Shown here piece by piece: positions 22,469 through 36,030 of a stretch of DNA of 64,000 nt. Made by a program: the position numbers and the translations under genes. This stretch comes from Camelus ferus. Taxonomy: Eukaryota. The stretch's first letter is position 1. Every line of letters starts with the position of its first letter. The notes under the pieces are model-generated. The model had not been told where the DNA came from and searched no databases. It saw nothing but the letters and a program-made list of their open reading frames with translations. The stretch spans positions 17,546,001-17,610,000 of the forward strand of contig NC_045699.1 in NCBI RefSeq assembly GCF_009834535.1, read 5' to 3'.

Positions 22469-23219
22469 AGAGTGGCTCTGGCTGCAGCTCCCGTCACACT
22501 GTCAGGGGTCTGCACGGGGAGGCCCCCAAATGCAAGCTCCAGGAGCCGCACTGCCCGCGGGACTGTGAGGGAGCAGAACCCAGGTCTCCACACTTAGAAC
22601 AGTGCCTGGTATAGTATGGAGAGAAATCTTACAGCATGTGGTGTATTTTGCAGACACCCAGCAGCTAGAAGAGCTGTCTGACAAAAACGGCTGTTGTGTG
22701 TGAGGCATCTGAAGGAGGTAAGTAGTCCTGTCCCTCATCCTCAGTTATTCTCAGATCACCTCTGGGAATACTAGTTTAAAACACCGACTTGAAAAAAAAA
22801 AAAAACACTCTGAAAGACTAGGAAATCGGTTCAGAAATATGGACGGGCGTGTATGTATGACTGAGTATTATGCTGTAGGACGGTATAACATTGTAAACTG
22901 ACTCTACTTCAATTAAAAATTTTTAATTGAAAGAAGAAGTACACATGGGGTAGAGGGGTTGGAGAAATGGGACTTTCCTAAATTTTTAGCTAGGAATGAT
23001 CATAAAATGAATTCAGAACTATTTCCTGGGTTAATATAAGGGTAAAGGAAGGAAAATCTTCCCTCAAGCATTGATTGCGAGCAGGCATCAAATCGACGGA
23101 ACAACAGAAACAATATTTTACTGCAACATAAATAAATGAAATTGTACAATGTACAAAAGGAACAACAAATGAAAAATGTTAAATAAAGACCAGAATTGAC
23201 CCTGCACTCCCAAATCGCT

Positions 23220-23735
23220 GAGAGTTTTAAGAAAGGAAGCCTTCAGGTTGCTGGCATAAAAACTGGCACTTGCGTCTGCCTTCTCAAGTCGGGAGTCATG
23301 TGGGCACTTGGAATCTACCTCTGCCTGGGTTAAACATTGGCCTGCAACCTCTAGCCTGCAACAGGCCCTAAAAGGAGTTCAGGGTGGAGATCAGGAAGGA
23401 GGCACCCTGGGCTCTGCGGAAAACTGGCCGAACAGGCCTTCAGGAGAAGGTTTCAGGAGCCCAATGCTTGCTCATATCTCATGCCAAGGAGGACACTAAA
23501 ACCAGTAACTGTGACATCGTCTCCTCCTGACTAGCAGCAAGCCCCTGCCTAAATGTGCCCTTGACCGCACCTGCCCCTTCACTGAAATCCTCTCTAATAT
23601 GGACCTTCCCGCCTGCCTCTTCCCAGTGGTTCCTCAGAGCTCTCTGAATGCTGTCTCCTGGGATACTGCCCTCATTTTGCTCCAAACAAAACATAACTCC
23701 CAACTCTCACTTTGTGGAGTTTAGGTCAGTCGACA
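23220..23735 (+). mobile_element. ERV1-type LTR (same family as 30125-30600 and 50525-51081)
   Basis: 3' end ...cagagctctctgaatgctgtctcctggg...aaacataactcccaactctc...cagtcgaca aligns with the 3' end of the 50525-51081 element. The 5' boundary is approximate. Confidence 0.55.
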
Positions 23736-24479
23736 TGGCCAGCGAGACTGGGGCAAATTTGCTTTAATCGATGAAATTCATACCAAAGAAAATGAAGAGC
23801 TCAGACCTGCCAAATGTCCTCAGTGCTGTGTACAGAACACTTAACTCCTCTTTCTAACAAGATAGTCAAGGTGGGGTCCTGAGAAAGTCATTTCAGGAAC
23901 CTCAGTCAAATAAAAATTGTTGAAGAGTCAACAAGAAGTCGTCAAACACGGCTGTCCTCCCAAAGAAGGAAAGAAGTAATGTTGGGAATATTAATGAGTT
24001 GGCTTCGTATCAACTAGGAAAGCAAAGTTATACCAGATTCTTGCTTTAGTATAAGGAAACTATAGTTTAAATAGCCTTTAGTAAAATGCAGTGCTTTAAT
24101 ATTAAAACATATTTTAATATTCCTTGTTTCATATTCTAAATATTTTAATAAATATATTTAAAGATGACACATTTAACAAGATTTAAATATGACATGAATT
24201 AAATTAAACACAAGATTAATTTAAAAATCTATTTTTTAAAATGCTGTGAGTTTTGAAATAATCCCACTTTTCAGGTATTCACTACTTTCCCAACCATTTC
24301 ACCGCTGATCCCTGAAAGACACCAGGAGACTCTCAGAGAATCTAAGGGCGCACAGCGTCCCCGTCCTCCGCCCTGAATAAGGCGGCCGTGCACCAACTCA
24401 CCCTCAGGGCAGCCACAACTTACCCACAAGGCGCCCATGACACTTTCCACTCATCCCTATGCGCCCGTGGACTTCAACA

Positions 24480-25142
24480 TTGGACAGCTGAGATAAAGAG
24501 CCCAAACATAAAATAACGGATACCATCCTGATGAATCACAGGCTCAGGCCCCTGAGAACGGCTTGGCTAATCTATGTAACTTGGGAGGAAAGCCCAACCG
24601 TAGAGAAACACATACAACCATGTAGTTGAGTCATAGGATCAGGCTCTGGGATCCGCTTGGCTAAACTATGTAATTTGGGATGAAAGACCAAGGGTAGAAA
24701 AACTGATACAACCATGTAGTAGAGTCATAGGATCAGGCTCTGGGATCCGCTTGGCTAAACTATGTAATTTGGGATGAAAGACCAAGGGTAGAAAAACTGA
24801 TAACAACCATGCAGTTGAGTCATAGGATCAGGCTCTGGGAACCGCTTGGCTAAACTATGTAATTTGGGATGAAAGACCAAGGGTAGAAAAACTGATACAA
24901 CCATGTAGTTGAGTCTTAGGATCAGGCTCTGGGAACCGCTTGGCTAAACTATGTAAATTGGAATGAAAGACCAACCTTAGAAAAACACATACAAGAATGT
25001 AGTTGAGTCATAGGATCAGGCCGTGGGAACCGCTTGGCTAAACTATTTAATTTGGTATGAAAGACCAAACATAGAAAAACATATAACCACGTAGTAGACT
25101 CACAGGCTCAGGTCTCTCAGACTGCCCTGTCTATACTAGGTA
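24480..25142 (+). repeat. Second 95-bp tandem array (about 7 units, homogenised variant)
   Basis: Same backbone as 3510-8835. Central units are near-identical, with the variant GGATCAGGCTCTGGGA(A/T)CCGCTTGGCTAAACTATGTAATTTGGGATGAAAGACCAA. Confidence 0.95.
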
Positions 25143-25552
25143 ACTAACCCAGGTAAGAGCGTAAAAAGTGCAAGAGTGTTAAAAGTCCCGGAAAATAGAC
25201 AACCGGTCCCTGTTTGCTACCAGATAAAAAGGCCGCTGTTGAGGCCGCGACTTGACAAGCTCTTCAGCGCTCAGAACGTCGGAAAACGAAAAGAGCTTTT
25301 CCGTGCACTTTTAAAGCCGCAGGTAATCGCTCACGGAGCACGCGATGTACTTCCCGGCGCGCTGCTGGAGCCGCTGAAACTGAAAACTCGAAAGTTGTGG
25401 TTCCGCAAAAGCACGCGATCCGATATCCTCCTGCGCCCTCTCGTGCTCGCCTAGAGAAACACCCTCTCCGAGCACCCAGCGAAGGAACCTTTCGCTAATT
25501 CTTTAGCGGGGTCCGAGCGCCACCTCGTGGCCTAATCGTGAACCACTGACAT
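25143..25552. promoter_or_regulatory. CpG-rich block B, copy 2, immediately upstream of IFN-delta copy 2
   Basis: Aligns with 8836-9240. GAAACTGAAA is retained at 25376-25385, and the ETS site is altered to CCGGAAAA at 25188-25195. Confidence 0.65.
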
Positions 25553-25557
25553 TCTCA

Positions 25558-26091
25558 ATGGCCCAGATCTGCGTGCTTGTGGCAGGAGTGATGCTCTGCT
25601 CCCTCCCTGCTTGCTCTCTTGCCAGGAACTTGCCTGAGATCCAGAGCCTAGAAAACAAGGAGATCCTCAGGCTTTTGAGACACATGAAACGGACCCCCCT
25701 TCACTCATGCCTAAAGGACAGGAGGGACTTCAAACTTCCCTGGGAAAGAGACAATATCGCCCAAAACCAGACGGCTCAAGGCCCCTGTTCCTACCATCAG
25801 ATGCTCCAGCAGATTTTCCACCTCTTCAGCACAGAGCACAGCCATGCTGCTTGGGACAACACCTCCCTAAATAAACTACTCTCCAGTCTGGATCTCAGCC
25901 TGCACCAACTGGAGCAGACTGAAGAAGGCAATCTAGACTGTCCCTTTTGGGGAACTGCTGTTCGGGAGTATTTCCAAGCAATTCATCTCTACTTGAAGGA
26001 AAAGGAATACAGCCCCTGTGCCTGGGAGGTTGTCAGAGTGGAGACTACAAAGCGCCTTTCCCTCATGAAACCTCTGAAATGGAAATCATGA
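25558..26091 (+). CDS. IFND: Interferon delta-like protein, 177 aa, intact paralogue
   Basis: 26 amino-acid differences from the 9246 copy by hand count. Same IFN-delta motifs (LPWERDNI, CSYHQMLQQIFHLF, NLDC). Confidence 0.9.
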   Translation: MAQICVLVAGVMLCSLPACSLARNLPEIQSLENKEILRLLRHMKRTPLHSCLKDRRDFKLPWERDNIAQNQTAQGPCSYHQMLQQIFHLFSTEHSHAAWDNTSLNKLLSSLDLSLHQLEQTEEGNLDCPFWGTAVREYFQAIHLYLKEKEYSPCAWEVVRVETTKRLSLMKPLKWKS

Positions 26092-29000
26092 GTGAATAAA
26101 ATGATTTTCAGAGAGAAGGACACAACCGATTTCTTCAATAAATACCTTTGTCATGGCATTCCTACAATCTGTGAAAGTTCTTGGGGGCCATTTGCTATTC
26201 CCAACATGTGATGTTTGTTTTCTTATATAAAGGTTGTTAGGGCTGTATGTCACTAAAGACACTTTTCAGGGAACTTAGTGCTACCTGCTGTAACAGGGAA
26301 CTGAAAAGGATCAGGAATTGAATCACGATAGAAACTTCTCTTTCCTTCTTTAGGAGAACAATGCAGGCATCTCTAATCCGATGACTTTTCTAGTTGGCTT
26401 CTTCTCAAGAAGGCCTCAGGGGCCTGGCTACCCTCGGCTCCCTGGCTTTGCTATACTCAACGTGGAACTGCACACGTGTCTCCACCACTTGAGTCTACTC
26501 CACTCAGACAAGGGAAAATGAATGGTGGGTGACATGGGATGTTTTCAAGGCCCAGGACGGTACGGGGCAAGATCACTTCCACGCACACTACGGGACCTGA
26601 ATTTATGCTCACGGGTGTCTAAGTGGGGAAGTTGGGAAACTACTGGGTGACTAACAGAAGAGGAGAGAAGCTCAGTGAATAAGACCACGTCTCACTTTCA
26701 CACGATTTGTACGAGTGATTATCCGGTGGGAAAAAACACCGACCAATATTTCTGCTTGCACACATGTTTTAAAAAGCATCTGAGCCGAAGTGCTGTCAGC
26801 ACAGAGAGGTGAATGTAACAAACTCAATCCTGCTTTTTTGTATCTTTGCTTTTTATAAGGAAAGGAACCTGAAAAAAAAAATCACCAGTTACCTGATAAT
26901 TAAGTACTGGTTATTTTTAAAAGATTACTAATTACTATAAGTTAGGTTTAATGCTATAAGAGAGAAAAACAGAATTCTCTCAGCAGTGTGAGGACAGAAC
27001 AGGAAAAGTAGTAGTTACCCTCCACGGTTTACAGGGGGCACTTCAGGGTGCATGTCCACTGGATGCTGGGGTTGGTCATTTACAAGCAGTTCCACGGACT
27101 GTGATGCATGGGACAGAAGTGGTCAAATGGGAACAAAACACAGAATGAGGAAAGCACTTAGGGTGAGACCCATAACCTTAACTTTAAAGGGAGGGAAGAA
27201 GAACCACAAAGGACATAGGGTGGAAAGGCCATATGTTAACAGGATAAGAGAGAACGGTGAGAAGACTGTTTGCAAAAGACTGAAACTGCTTAAAAGACTC
27301 ACCGCATTCAGGACAAATGAGGATGGGAAGTGCCCCCCTACACTGGGAAAGTAGATGGCATTGGCCACCCTCGCCAGAGCCTGTTTGGTAGAATTAATCA
27401 GCAGAAACCATCCTGCAGACGGCAGAAGGGGGAGTAAAGGAGGCACTGAGAGCATGTGATCATTCTGCGAACACAAAGGTGAATGTATAGAAAATAGGTT
27501 TCAGATATTTGCCACCTGAACTTAAGTTTCATCTTGTGTAATTCTCAAACCCTTTGTTTTCTTCTTCATGCTCTGAAGATGGTTCTTCCCTGGGTGACTC
27601 CTAAGTTCACTGGCTGCTCCATCTCTGTGCCTCTGCAGTCTCTCCTCTTTCCGACCTTGAAAGTTGAAGGTTCTCAGAAGCTCTAGGTCATCTTCTCACT
27701 CTACATGCTCCTCATAGGGAATCACATCTATTACCATACCCTGGTTTCCAAACATGCCACATCAACTGCAAAATTATTGTCTCCAGGATATACATGGCTT
27801 TTGATTCCGGATCGACATATTTGTCGACCGATGGGCTGTCTTTCATGTTTCTTGGGCTCTTTCTGGAGAACATCTGCTTTCTCAGTGCAGTTAGGAGTCA
27901 AACAGAGAAGAAACGTCTTCAGTAAGCACTGAAGAAAAAAACAAAGGGTTTGAGAATTGCACAATATGAAACTTAAATAATTATTTACACCTTCACAGGA
28001 TTCTGGACTGAATCTCCATTCTGCCAGGACGTGTGTGTGTGATTCTGGGGAATCATTTAACTTTCCTGAGCTCAGCTACCTTAAATAGAAAGTAAGTGAA
28101 TACATTCCCAGGGCTGCTGTGAGCAGTACATACACGAGAACATTTAACAGCACATAGCAGAGTTATCATCCACTGAGTGAGGGCTAAACAGATAGTGACT
28201 ATTTTCTTATTTTTTCATATAGATCTAAATGGGAATAGTGACTTCTACCCCCCTCTCTGTAACTGAAAAGCACGGAGAGTCTGAAAAGCGGAATTGGGAA
28301 AAAGTGTGTCATCCCTTGTATGTAGTTATATACATAATATAATATATCTGGATGTATACACATATGGCACCAATGTATATACACATATACTATAAGATAT
28401 ACCACATCTATAATATACCACATATCCATCTGCTGGTTCTCGTAGTTGGCACACGTCCCCCTTCCTCTCTGCTTTCCTGGATCCCATTCTTTCACTGCAA
28501 TCACAATCGCTTCCTTCCTCCCAGTGTAGGAGTCCCCACTGAGCTCTCCTCATCCACCCTGCATTCAGCTCCACTCTCCATCCATACAGCTCTTTCGTTT
28601 TCCTCTTGGGGTTCTGGCTGTCAGTTTCCTCTAAAGACTACAAAGCCACTCACTGAAAGGAGAAGTTGAGTGAAAGTTCTTGTTTGTCAGAAACTCTCAC
28701 ATGAAGTCACCCTCTCTGCCTACCTCACTGCGGGTCCAGACTGTCCTGCCTTCCACAGAAGCACAGTAAATAGAGGGAATTCTGCCCCATGATGAACTGG
28801 GGGAGAATCCAGGGCCTCATCTGGGCCTCTCTGTGGGCACTTCCACTTCTGACTGCACTAGGAAGAGGCTTCCCTGCTTCAGGGCTCTCATTTGCTCACA
28901 AACCCAAAGGTCACGAACCATGGAGTTGAAAGTCAGCAGCAGCTTGAGAACCTGGGAGGAGGACAGCGACGGGGAAAGCACTCACTGGAAAGGGGCGGGT

Positions 29001-30124
29001 CCTCAGGAGAGGGACCAGCATAGACGAGCTGCACTGAGGGAAAGGCTCCTCCAGTACGTTACTTTCCAGAGGAGAAAGGACTGAAGTCCATGTGAGAGCA
29101 TGGAGTTCTGCCAGAAAGATGCAGACACCAGCAGTGTCCCCAGCAAGGGTGACACTGATACCACAGCAGCCTGCAGACCACTAGAAAGGACAAGGGTTAC
29201 TCCACTGTCACCTGCAAACCTGTTTCCTCCTTATGACCCAGTACGTTTTCATAGAGCAAGAAAGACTTTTCTGGAGACAGTACAGTCCAAGGACTTCTTG
29301 ACTTCTTGAATTCCATCATGTGTAGCCTCTTTCAAAGACTAACAAAAGAAAACAATGCTTGAACAGAAGGGACACAGGCAGGGATCTGAATACATTTAGC
29401 AACAAGTGGGATAGAGGCTTCCAAGCAGGACATATAGCAGTAACCAGCACACTGGAAGAGCAAAATTTATAAAGGCAATGAAGATCTCTATGGAAATTCA
29501 TTTATTTAATTTAGGAAATTTGCAAAGGTGATATGGATGGATTCATCATCTTTTTCTTTCCAGTCTATATATCCTGCATTGAAGAGGTACATTTCAAGTA
29601 TATTTTGAGGTATAAATATTTATAGAGGTATTTATACATTATATTTGGAAAACTTCCTGTAGGTTAGGGTCCAAAAAAAAAAATAAAAAATCATTCCTTT
29701 CTTTGTGCTAAAAACAGCATTTTATCAATGAATGGTGTTTTAATAATATTTTTTATTTTGATCCTACAGTATTATTGTATGATGTTTTAATAGGCTCAGG
29801 CTGGGAAAATAAATAATTACAACTACACTCATCAGTGTGGCTGACTTTGGAGATCAAGCCAGACTCTCCCTGCTATGTATCCCTTTGAAAACATTCAGTG
29901 CTTCTGTCTGGGAAGTGCTTACTGCTCCTCCATCTTGGTTATACTGAGGCTTCGTCAGTACCCAAACCTTAATCATGGGTGAAAAATAAAGAGATTCTTC
30001 ACTGGACTCCTTCAGCAGCAAATGGAAAGTCCCGTCTGGGCCTGAGGGAAGGAAACAGAAAGGGCATCTTTGGGAATGAGAACAGCAGGCTGCGCTGACC
30101 GGTATCCTGGGAAATCAGTGAGGT

Positions 30125-30145
30125 CCTGGGTTACTGAAAAAACAC

Positions 30146-30184
<39 letters not shown>

Positions 30185-30600
30185 CATGAGAGCTGTGAGG
30201 TTAGATTTTCTGGAGGACTTACTGAGGATAGCCTCTCTCAGCTAGCTCTGGGGAGGCAAGGGAGAGGTCAGCATATATGTGATTTTGGTGAAGGGGGTAC
30301 GTGCTATTAAGCTCACATCCTGGCACAAGGTTGTGCTAGTCCGGAAGAGAAGATGTCTCCGTTAATGGTTTCCGTGTTTCCCCACATATGAGAAGATGAA
30401 AACATAGGGTTCTTAAAATGTTCTTCTGAAATTACCTAACTGTCTGAAGATCTGTTCTGTCAGGTTTCCCTAGAACACAGAGTGCCTCATTGCTGATCTC
30501 TGCTCTGAACTCCTTTCAGGGTGGATTGGAAGTTGGTGGCTAGTGACTTCATTCTTGTACAACCAGATGGCCAGGGACATTTTAGTTGTCATCCTGGAGA
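30125..30600 (-). mobile_element. ERV1-type LTR containing an expanded (CA)n tract at about 30143-30185
   Basis: Reverse complement aligns with 50630-51080 (ccatctggtt..caagaatgaagtcact..ccctgaaaggagttcagag..; cccccttcaccaaaatcacatatatgctgacctc). Confidence 0.7.
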
Positions 30601-30657
30601 CATGCAGAGCTCACATGGCCAGAAACTGTGAAGTGCTTTTCCTTTTCATTTCTTTAA

Positions 30658-30780
30658 GGGGAAGAAGTAATTCGGTTTATTTTTTTACTTACGTATGTTT
30701 TAAGTGGAGGTCCTGGGGATTGAGCCCAGGACCCTGCGCATGCTAGGTAGGCACTCTACCACTGAGCTATTCCCTCCCCC
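30658..30780 (-). mobile_element. tRNA-derived SINE, camelid Vic-1-like
   Basis: Minus strand GGGGAGGGAATAGCTCAGTGGTAGAG...GGTCCTGGGCTCAATCCCCAGGACCTCC, then an A-rich tract and AATTACTTCTTCCCC. Pol III A and B boxes are present. Confidence 0.85.
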
Positions 30781-33439
30781 TATTTTTTTCTTTAGTTTTT
30801 AAAAGTTCTTTGTCTTTATTCTCAACTCACAAGAAAACTCGAGTTAAAACAAAATAGATTCCAGTAGTCTGATGCCGTTGGGTTAATGAACTTACATTAC
30901 TATATTTCCGTGAAGAAATCAATCATAAAATCTTAGACTTTTTTTTTCCAATCAGCATAAACTCTACTCCCATCTAAGTATTGAACAGAGATTTTGTCCA
31001 TTTTTTTCCTTCGAAGTTAAAGTCTGTTCAGCTGACTCATACCTCACACGGTGTTGCCCTTCAAAACAACAGACAGTAACCTTTGGCATTAGAAGTGGAA
31101 TCAAGGATCCTCTGTCCTCTTACTCTTTTCCCTCTACTGATTTCCTTAGTTCCTAAATCTCCCATTGATTTTCACCCTTCACTTTCTTTAATGGGCCTTC
31201 CATACAAGTCACTGCAACCTCATGAAGGTCTGTCCTTATAGCTCTGGTTTGCTTGGAATCGTTTGTCCCTCCACATTTCTATTTCTCTCCAGCTGTATAA
31301 GTGAGTGTGATCGAAACAGGGTTACTCTGAGGACTGAGGTAATATTTTAAAGAACTTAGAAAGTGGCTAGTCCATAATATGCAAACAATGAAATTATCTT
31401 TTAACATCATGATTACTGTTACTCAGGCTAAGATCAGGATCTTTGGAATCATCTAATTCTTTTCCTTTAATTCTAGGTTTCACAAAGCACTCTTTGTGTT
31501 GCCTGAGTGGATCTATCACCTAGATAGATGCTCAGCGAGGCTGGCACCCACCCTCCTGCCAGACAGGGGGAGCCTTCCAGCAACTGGGGTTCTGGTTGCC
31601 AGTCTCCTGATTGGTTTGACTTCTTCCTTCTCTCCTCAGAACTGATTACACATGGATTAAAATGACAGAAAAATCCGTCAGCTGGTCTTGCAAAGCTGAA
31701 GGCTGTCCTTTGATCCAAGACTTGGGCTTCTTTGAACTTCTGGCAGCAGCAGCCCTGCTCCTGCCTTTCTGTTACTCACACTGACCCCATGTCTCCCTCC
31801 GCCAGATCCTCGTCCCCACCTGCGCCGCAGTGATGCTGCGCCTTGGAATGCGGCGCCGTGTCCGCAGAGTATCACTTCCCTTCCTTCACTTTCATGTCAC
31901 TGAGACACTTGTTTCCTTTTTGCCCACGGAACAACTGAAGGATTTTACTTTCTAGGAAAGTCGCAATAAGAATCCAAAAATCGAAAGTCTTGAAAATGAC
32001 AGGGACTGCAGCCCCGCTGCCTTTCTTTGCTTCCCTTCACTGTTCTCACCTCAGCAGGAATTAGAACTCATGCAGGAGCAGCAGGAGGATCTTGCACAAT
32101 AAGCCACTAAGTGAATATAAGTTATAAAACTTTAAATGAAGAATCAAACACAAGTAAAGGAAAGAAGGCTATTTCTCTCGACACAGAAGCCCTCTGCATT
32201 CTCAGAGGGAGACAGAGACAGAGGAACAGAGAAACCCACCAGAATCAACTGACTGAATGAACAACTTCACGTCACTAGTGTCTGGGATGTGAGCTTCTAA
32301 TGAGAGACACACCAGCACTGAACCCTTTGTGCCCAGCTCAGAAATCTGAGCATAACACGGGTTCAATAGTTTAAATAAACAAGAAAATCTGTATTTGGGA
32401 AACTAAAAGGTATTTGTCTAGCCAAGGTGAAACGATTAGAATTGGATTATTCCTCTACCTACTTAGACAAAACAAACTTTGGCTCTCAGCATCTGCTGGC
32501 TGGTGACACTTTTGATACCTGGGGACATGGGTCAGGAGAGGAGGCGGCTACCACTGAGGACCAGGGTCCTTCACACAAACACTCCATGAGCGAAGGCACG
32601 GGTTGGAAGGTGAATTATCCCCCCGACAAATAAACATGTCCATCCACACAAAGGAAATTTTCAAGTCCTCAGGATGTGGTGAGCCTCCCCTCAGGGAGTG
32701 GGTCTAGGGGTTTAAAAAACCGGACCCCGTCACTCAAGAGAATGTGTGTGACTACATGTGATTTCCACTTTGTGAGTGAGGTGTTTCTGGGAGTTAGACT
32801 CTCCACCACCACATTCTGCTGAAAAGAACCAGGATCCCTGGGAGCGGTTTTGGCACAGACCGTGGGGACTACAGTTCCCCAGTAAGAAAACGGCGGAAAG
32901 AAAGGGCGGCGTCTGTCACTGTCCTGACCCCGTGTTCCCCTGCAGCACAACCACATGCACCTGCATGAACGTGTTCTAGAAGGAAGAGAAACATCAGAGA
33001 AGCTCATTCGTTCATTATCATCAGCCTCTTTTGTAAATCAATCGGTAAATAAAACCCAACTCTAGTTTCAAAGAGCTTCACTGCCAGAGGTGATCTGTTA
33101 AATCCCTGAACACACACAGAAACCGCAAGGCTGTGGGGACCTGCTTCCCTGTGTGAAGTAAGGGGGTGAAAAGGAGCCTAAGGTCAGGGCGAGAACTGTG
33201 TTCCTGCAACAGAGAAGAGCAATAGTTATGTATGAGACAGAGAGACAGGGAGGGAGACAGAGAGGATGTGTGTGTTTACATACCTTCAGCGCTTCTGACT
33301 TGATGACAGTGACCTTGGTCACCTGACTGATCAATACCTATTTGGATGGGCATATCTGAAGTTTACTGGGAAAATTAAACTTCTTGCAAATTATTAGGTT
33401 AGATTGATGACATCTTCCTAGAACATACTGAGAATATAT

Positions 33440-33515
33440 GAATGAAAATCAAAAAAGGAAGTGAAAGTGTAGAAAATGTTCAGAAAATGAAAACTATTAT
33501 ATCCCTATTTAATGG
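33440..33515 (+). promoter_or_regulatory. IFN-omega promoter (IRF cluster plus CTATTTAA)
   Basis: gaaaatcaaaaaaggaagtgaaagtgtagaaaatgttcagaaaatgaaaac...ccctatttaa. Confidence 0.8.
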
Positions 33516-33606
33516 CCTTGCTTAGAAAGAATGTCATCAGAGAATCTACCTCCAAGGTTCACCCAGACGCCCGTCTCAGCCAGGCCAGCAGCACCTCACT
33601 CGCCCC

Positions 33607-34194
33607 ATGGCCTCTGTGCTCTCTCTAGTGACGGCCTTGCTAGTGTTCAGCTATGGCCCTGGTGGGGCTCTGGGCTGTGACCTGCCTCAGAACCACGTGC
33701 TGGTTAGCAGGGAGAACTTCGTGCTTCTAGGCCAAATGAGGAGAATCTCCCCTTTCTTCTGCCTGAAGGACAGAAAAGACTTCCATTTCCCCCAGGAGAT
33801 GGTGGATGGCAGCCAGCTCCAGAAGGCCCAGGCCATCTCTGTCCTCCACGAGATGCTCCAGCAGATCTTCAACCTCTTCCATGCAGAGCGCTCCTCTGCC
33901 GCCTGGGACGCCACCCTCCTGGACAAACTCCTCACTGGACTCCATCAGCAGCTGGAGGACTTGGACACCTGTTTCGTGCAGGTGATGGGAGAGCAAGACT
34001 CTGCCCAGGGAAGGGCGGGCCCTACAGTGGTGCTGAAGAGCTACTTCCAGGGAATCCATCTCTACCTGAAAGAGAAGAAATACAGTGACTGTGCCTGGGA
34101 AATTGTCCGACTGGAAATCAAGAGATCCTTCTCTTCATTAACCAACTTGCAAGAAAGGCTAAGAATTATGGATGGAGACCTGGGGTCACCTTGA
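33607..34194 (+). CDS. IFNW: Interferon omega, 195 aa, intact
   Basis: 23-aa signal, then [36 protein letters not shown]..., with the omega-type 6-aa C-terminal extension DGDLGSP. Confidence 0.95.
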   Translation: MASVLSLVTALLVFSYGPGGALGCDLPQNHVLVSRENFVLLGQMRRISPFFCLKDRKDFHFPQEMVDGSQLQKAQAISVLHEMLQQIFNLFHAERSSAAWDATLLDKLLTGLHQQLEDLDTCFVQVMGEQDSAQGRAGPTVVLKSYFQGIHLYLKEKKYSDCAWEIVRLEIKRSFSSLTNLQERLRIMDGDLGSP

Positions 34195-35079
34195 CATGAT
34201 TCTCCCTGACCGAGATGCCATGTCACCCTTGCACATTGGTCTGTGGTCATTTCAGAAGACTCTTATTTCTGTTTTAATCACAGAGTTTACTGAATTAATT
34301 CAGCTAAGACTTTGTCAGTAGTATATGAAAGAATGTTAAAAATATTCAGTGCCTAAGCGATGACCTTCAATCATGTAATTTATTTATTTATTGGTTGGTT
34401 ATTTATTTATTTAATATTGTATCTTATCATTCATATTTACATTTTCATATAAAAAATACTTGCTTTCTCACTGTATTAAGATTTAGAAAATGTTTACATT
34501 TCCATTTTATTAAATTTGCAGTTATTTATTTATTTATTAAATTCTTATCAGAGAAAACTCCTTGAGTCCGCTTAGTCTGAACACCTAAATCCAATCCCTG
34601 GTTTCCTAAACGAAACTGAAGAATAGATGGTAATAATCACCTACTCATTCATTTATGCAGTCCATGTCAGATGGATTAAACGAGTATCAAACGAGATAGT
34701 GGAACTGCCTTTCACAAGCACAGATGAATAAATCCAATACAGTACCTTCTGTCTTAAAACTTTTAGTCTCATAGGGCAAGTCATAAAAAGAGGACTCATA
34801 TATTTTTTCAATTTTCAATTACATTAAAAATAGAAGAAGAAGTAAGGGAAAATTATGTTTTCACATCAGAAGCTTTAGATACAGATAATTTTTAGGGGAT
34901 AAAGGAGAGATACCCTTTCCAGGGTGCCTGGGAGGTATGTAATTGTAGAAGCCTTATTGGCTGTTGGGCAAATGGGTCCACAGTAAAAATACAGTGAATG
35001 GACACAGGAGTTTGTCTGAGATGAAATCAAGACACAGTTGTTCTCATCATTAATCTTGTTTGAAAAAAAAATAGCAAAA

Positions 35080-36030
35080 AATAGTGTTGACTTTGGATTT
35101 GGCAATGACTTTTTAGATACACCAAATGCATGAAAGAAAAATTGGTAAGTTAGATTTCATTAAAATTCAAAACTTCTGCTCTGTGAAAGACACTGTGAAA
35201 GAGAATGAGAAGATAACCCACAGACTCTTAAAGACTCATATCTTATAAAGGACTATTTTCCAAAATGTGCAGAAACTTAAAACTCAACAATAAGAAAACC
35301 AATTAAAATGGGCAAAAGGTCTAAACAGACTCCTCACCATAGATGACATACAGATGGAAAATAAGCATCTGAAAGTAGTTCAACATCATAAATCGTTAGG
35401 GAAATGCAAACTGAAACAATGCTAAACCACTACACTTCTACTAGAACGACTAAAATTCAGAACACTGACAACACCAAGTACTGGTGAGGATGTGGAACAG
35501 CAGGAACATCCATTGTTGGTGGCAATGCAAAATGGTACTGCCTCTTTGGAAGACACTTTCACAGTTTCTGACAAAACCAAACATACTCTTACCATGCAGT
35601 CTAGCCACTGTGCTCCCTGGGATTTACCAAATGAGCTGAAAATTGATGTCTACACAAACCCATGCACACGGCTATCTGGAACAGCTTTATTCATAACTGC
35701 CAGATCTTGAAAACAACCAAGATGTCCTCCAACAAGAGAAGGGATGAACTGTGATACGTCCCAACAGTGAAATACTATGCAGCACTACAAAGAAATGAGC
35801 TATCAAGCCATGAAATAAAACACGAAGGAAACTTATAAATGAGTATTAGTAAGTGAAATATACCAACCTGAAAAGGCCACATACTATATGACTCCAACTG
35901 TTCGACAGTCTAGAAAAGGGCAAAACTCTGAACACAGTGGCTGCCAAGGCTCGGGGTCGGGGGAGAGGATGAATGGGAGGATCACATTCTGTTGATGCTA
36001 TAATGGTGGATACGTGTCTTCCTGTTCCCA
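35080..36030 (+). mobile_element. Old LINE-1 ORF2 3' end and 3'UTR fragment
   Basis: Typical L1 strings: aaaacttctgctctgtgaaagacactg, aaaatgggcaaaagg, gtactggtgaggatgtggaacagcaggaac, aacaaccaagatgtcc. Confidence 0.8.

Noticed and set aside
28900-29350. Scattered IFN-like words (QQLENL, FPEE, RFHR...FL) on the plus strand
   Set aside because: The motifs are out of order and too weak to support a pseudogene call without an HMM search.
30658-30780. tRNA gene call for the A/B-box elements at 30658-30780 and 55281-55388
   Set aside because: They have A-rich tails and SINE-type 3' ends and lack a proper acceptor stem, so they are SINEs.
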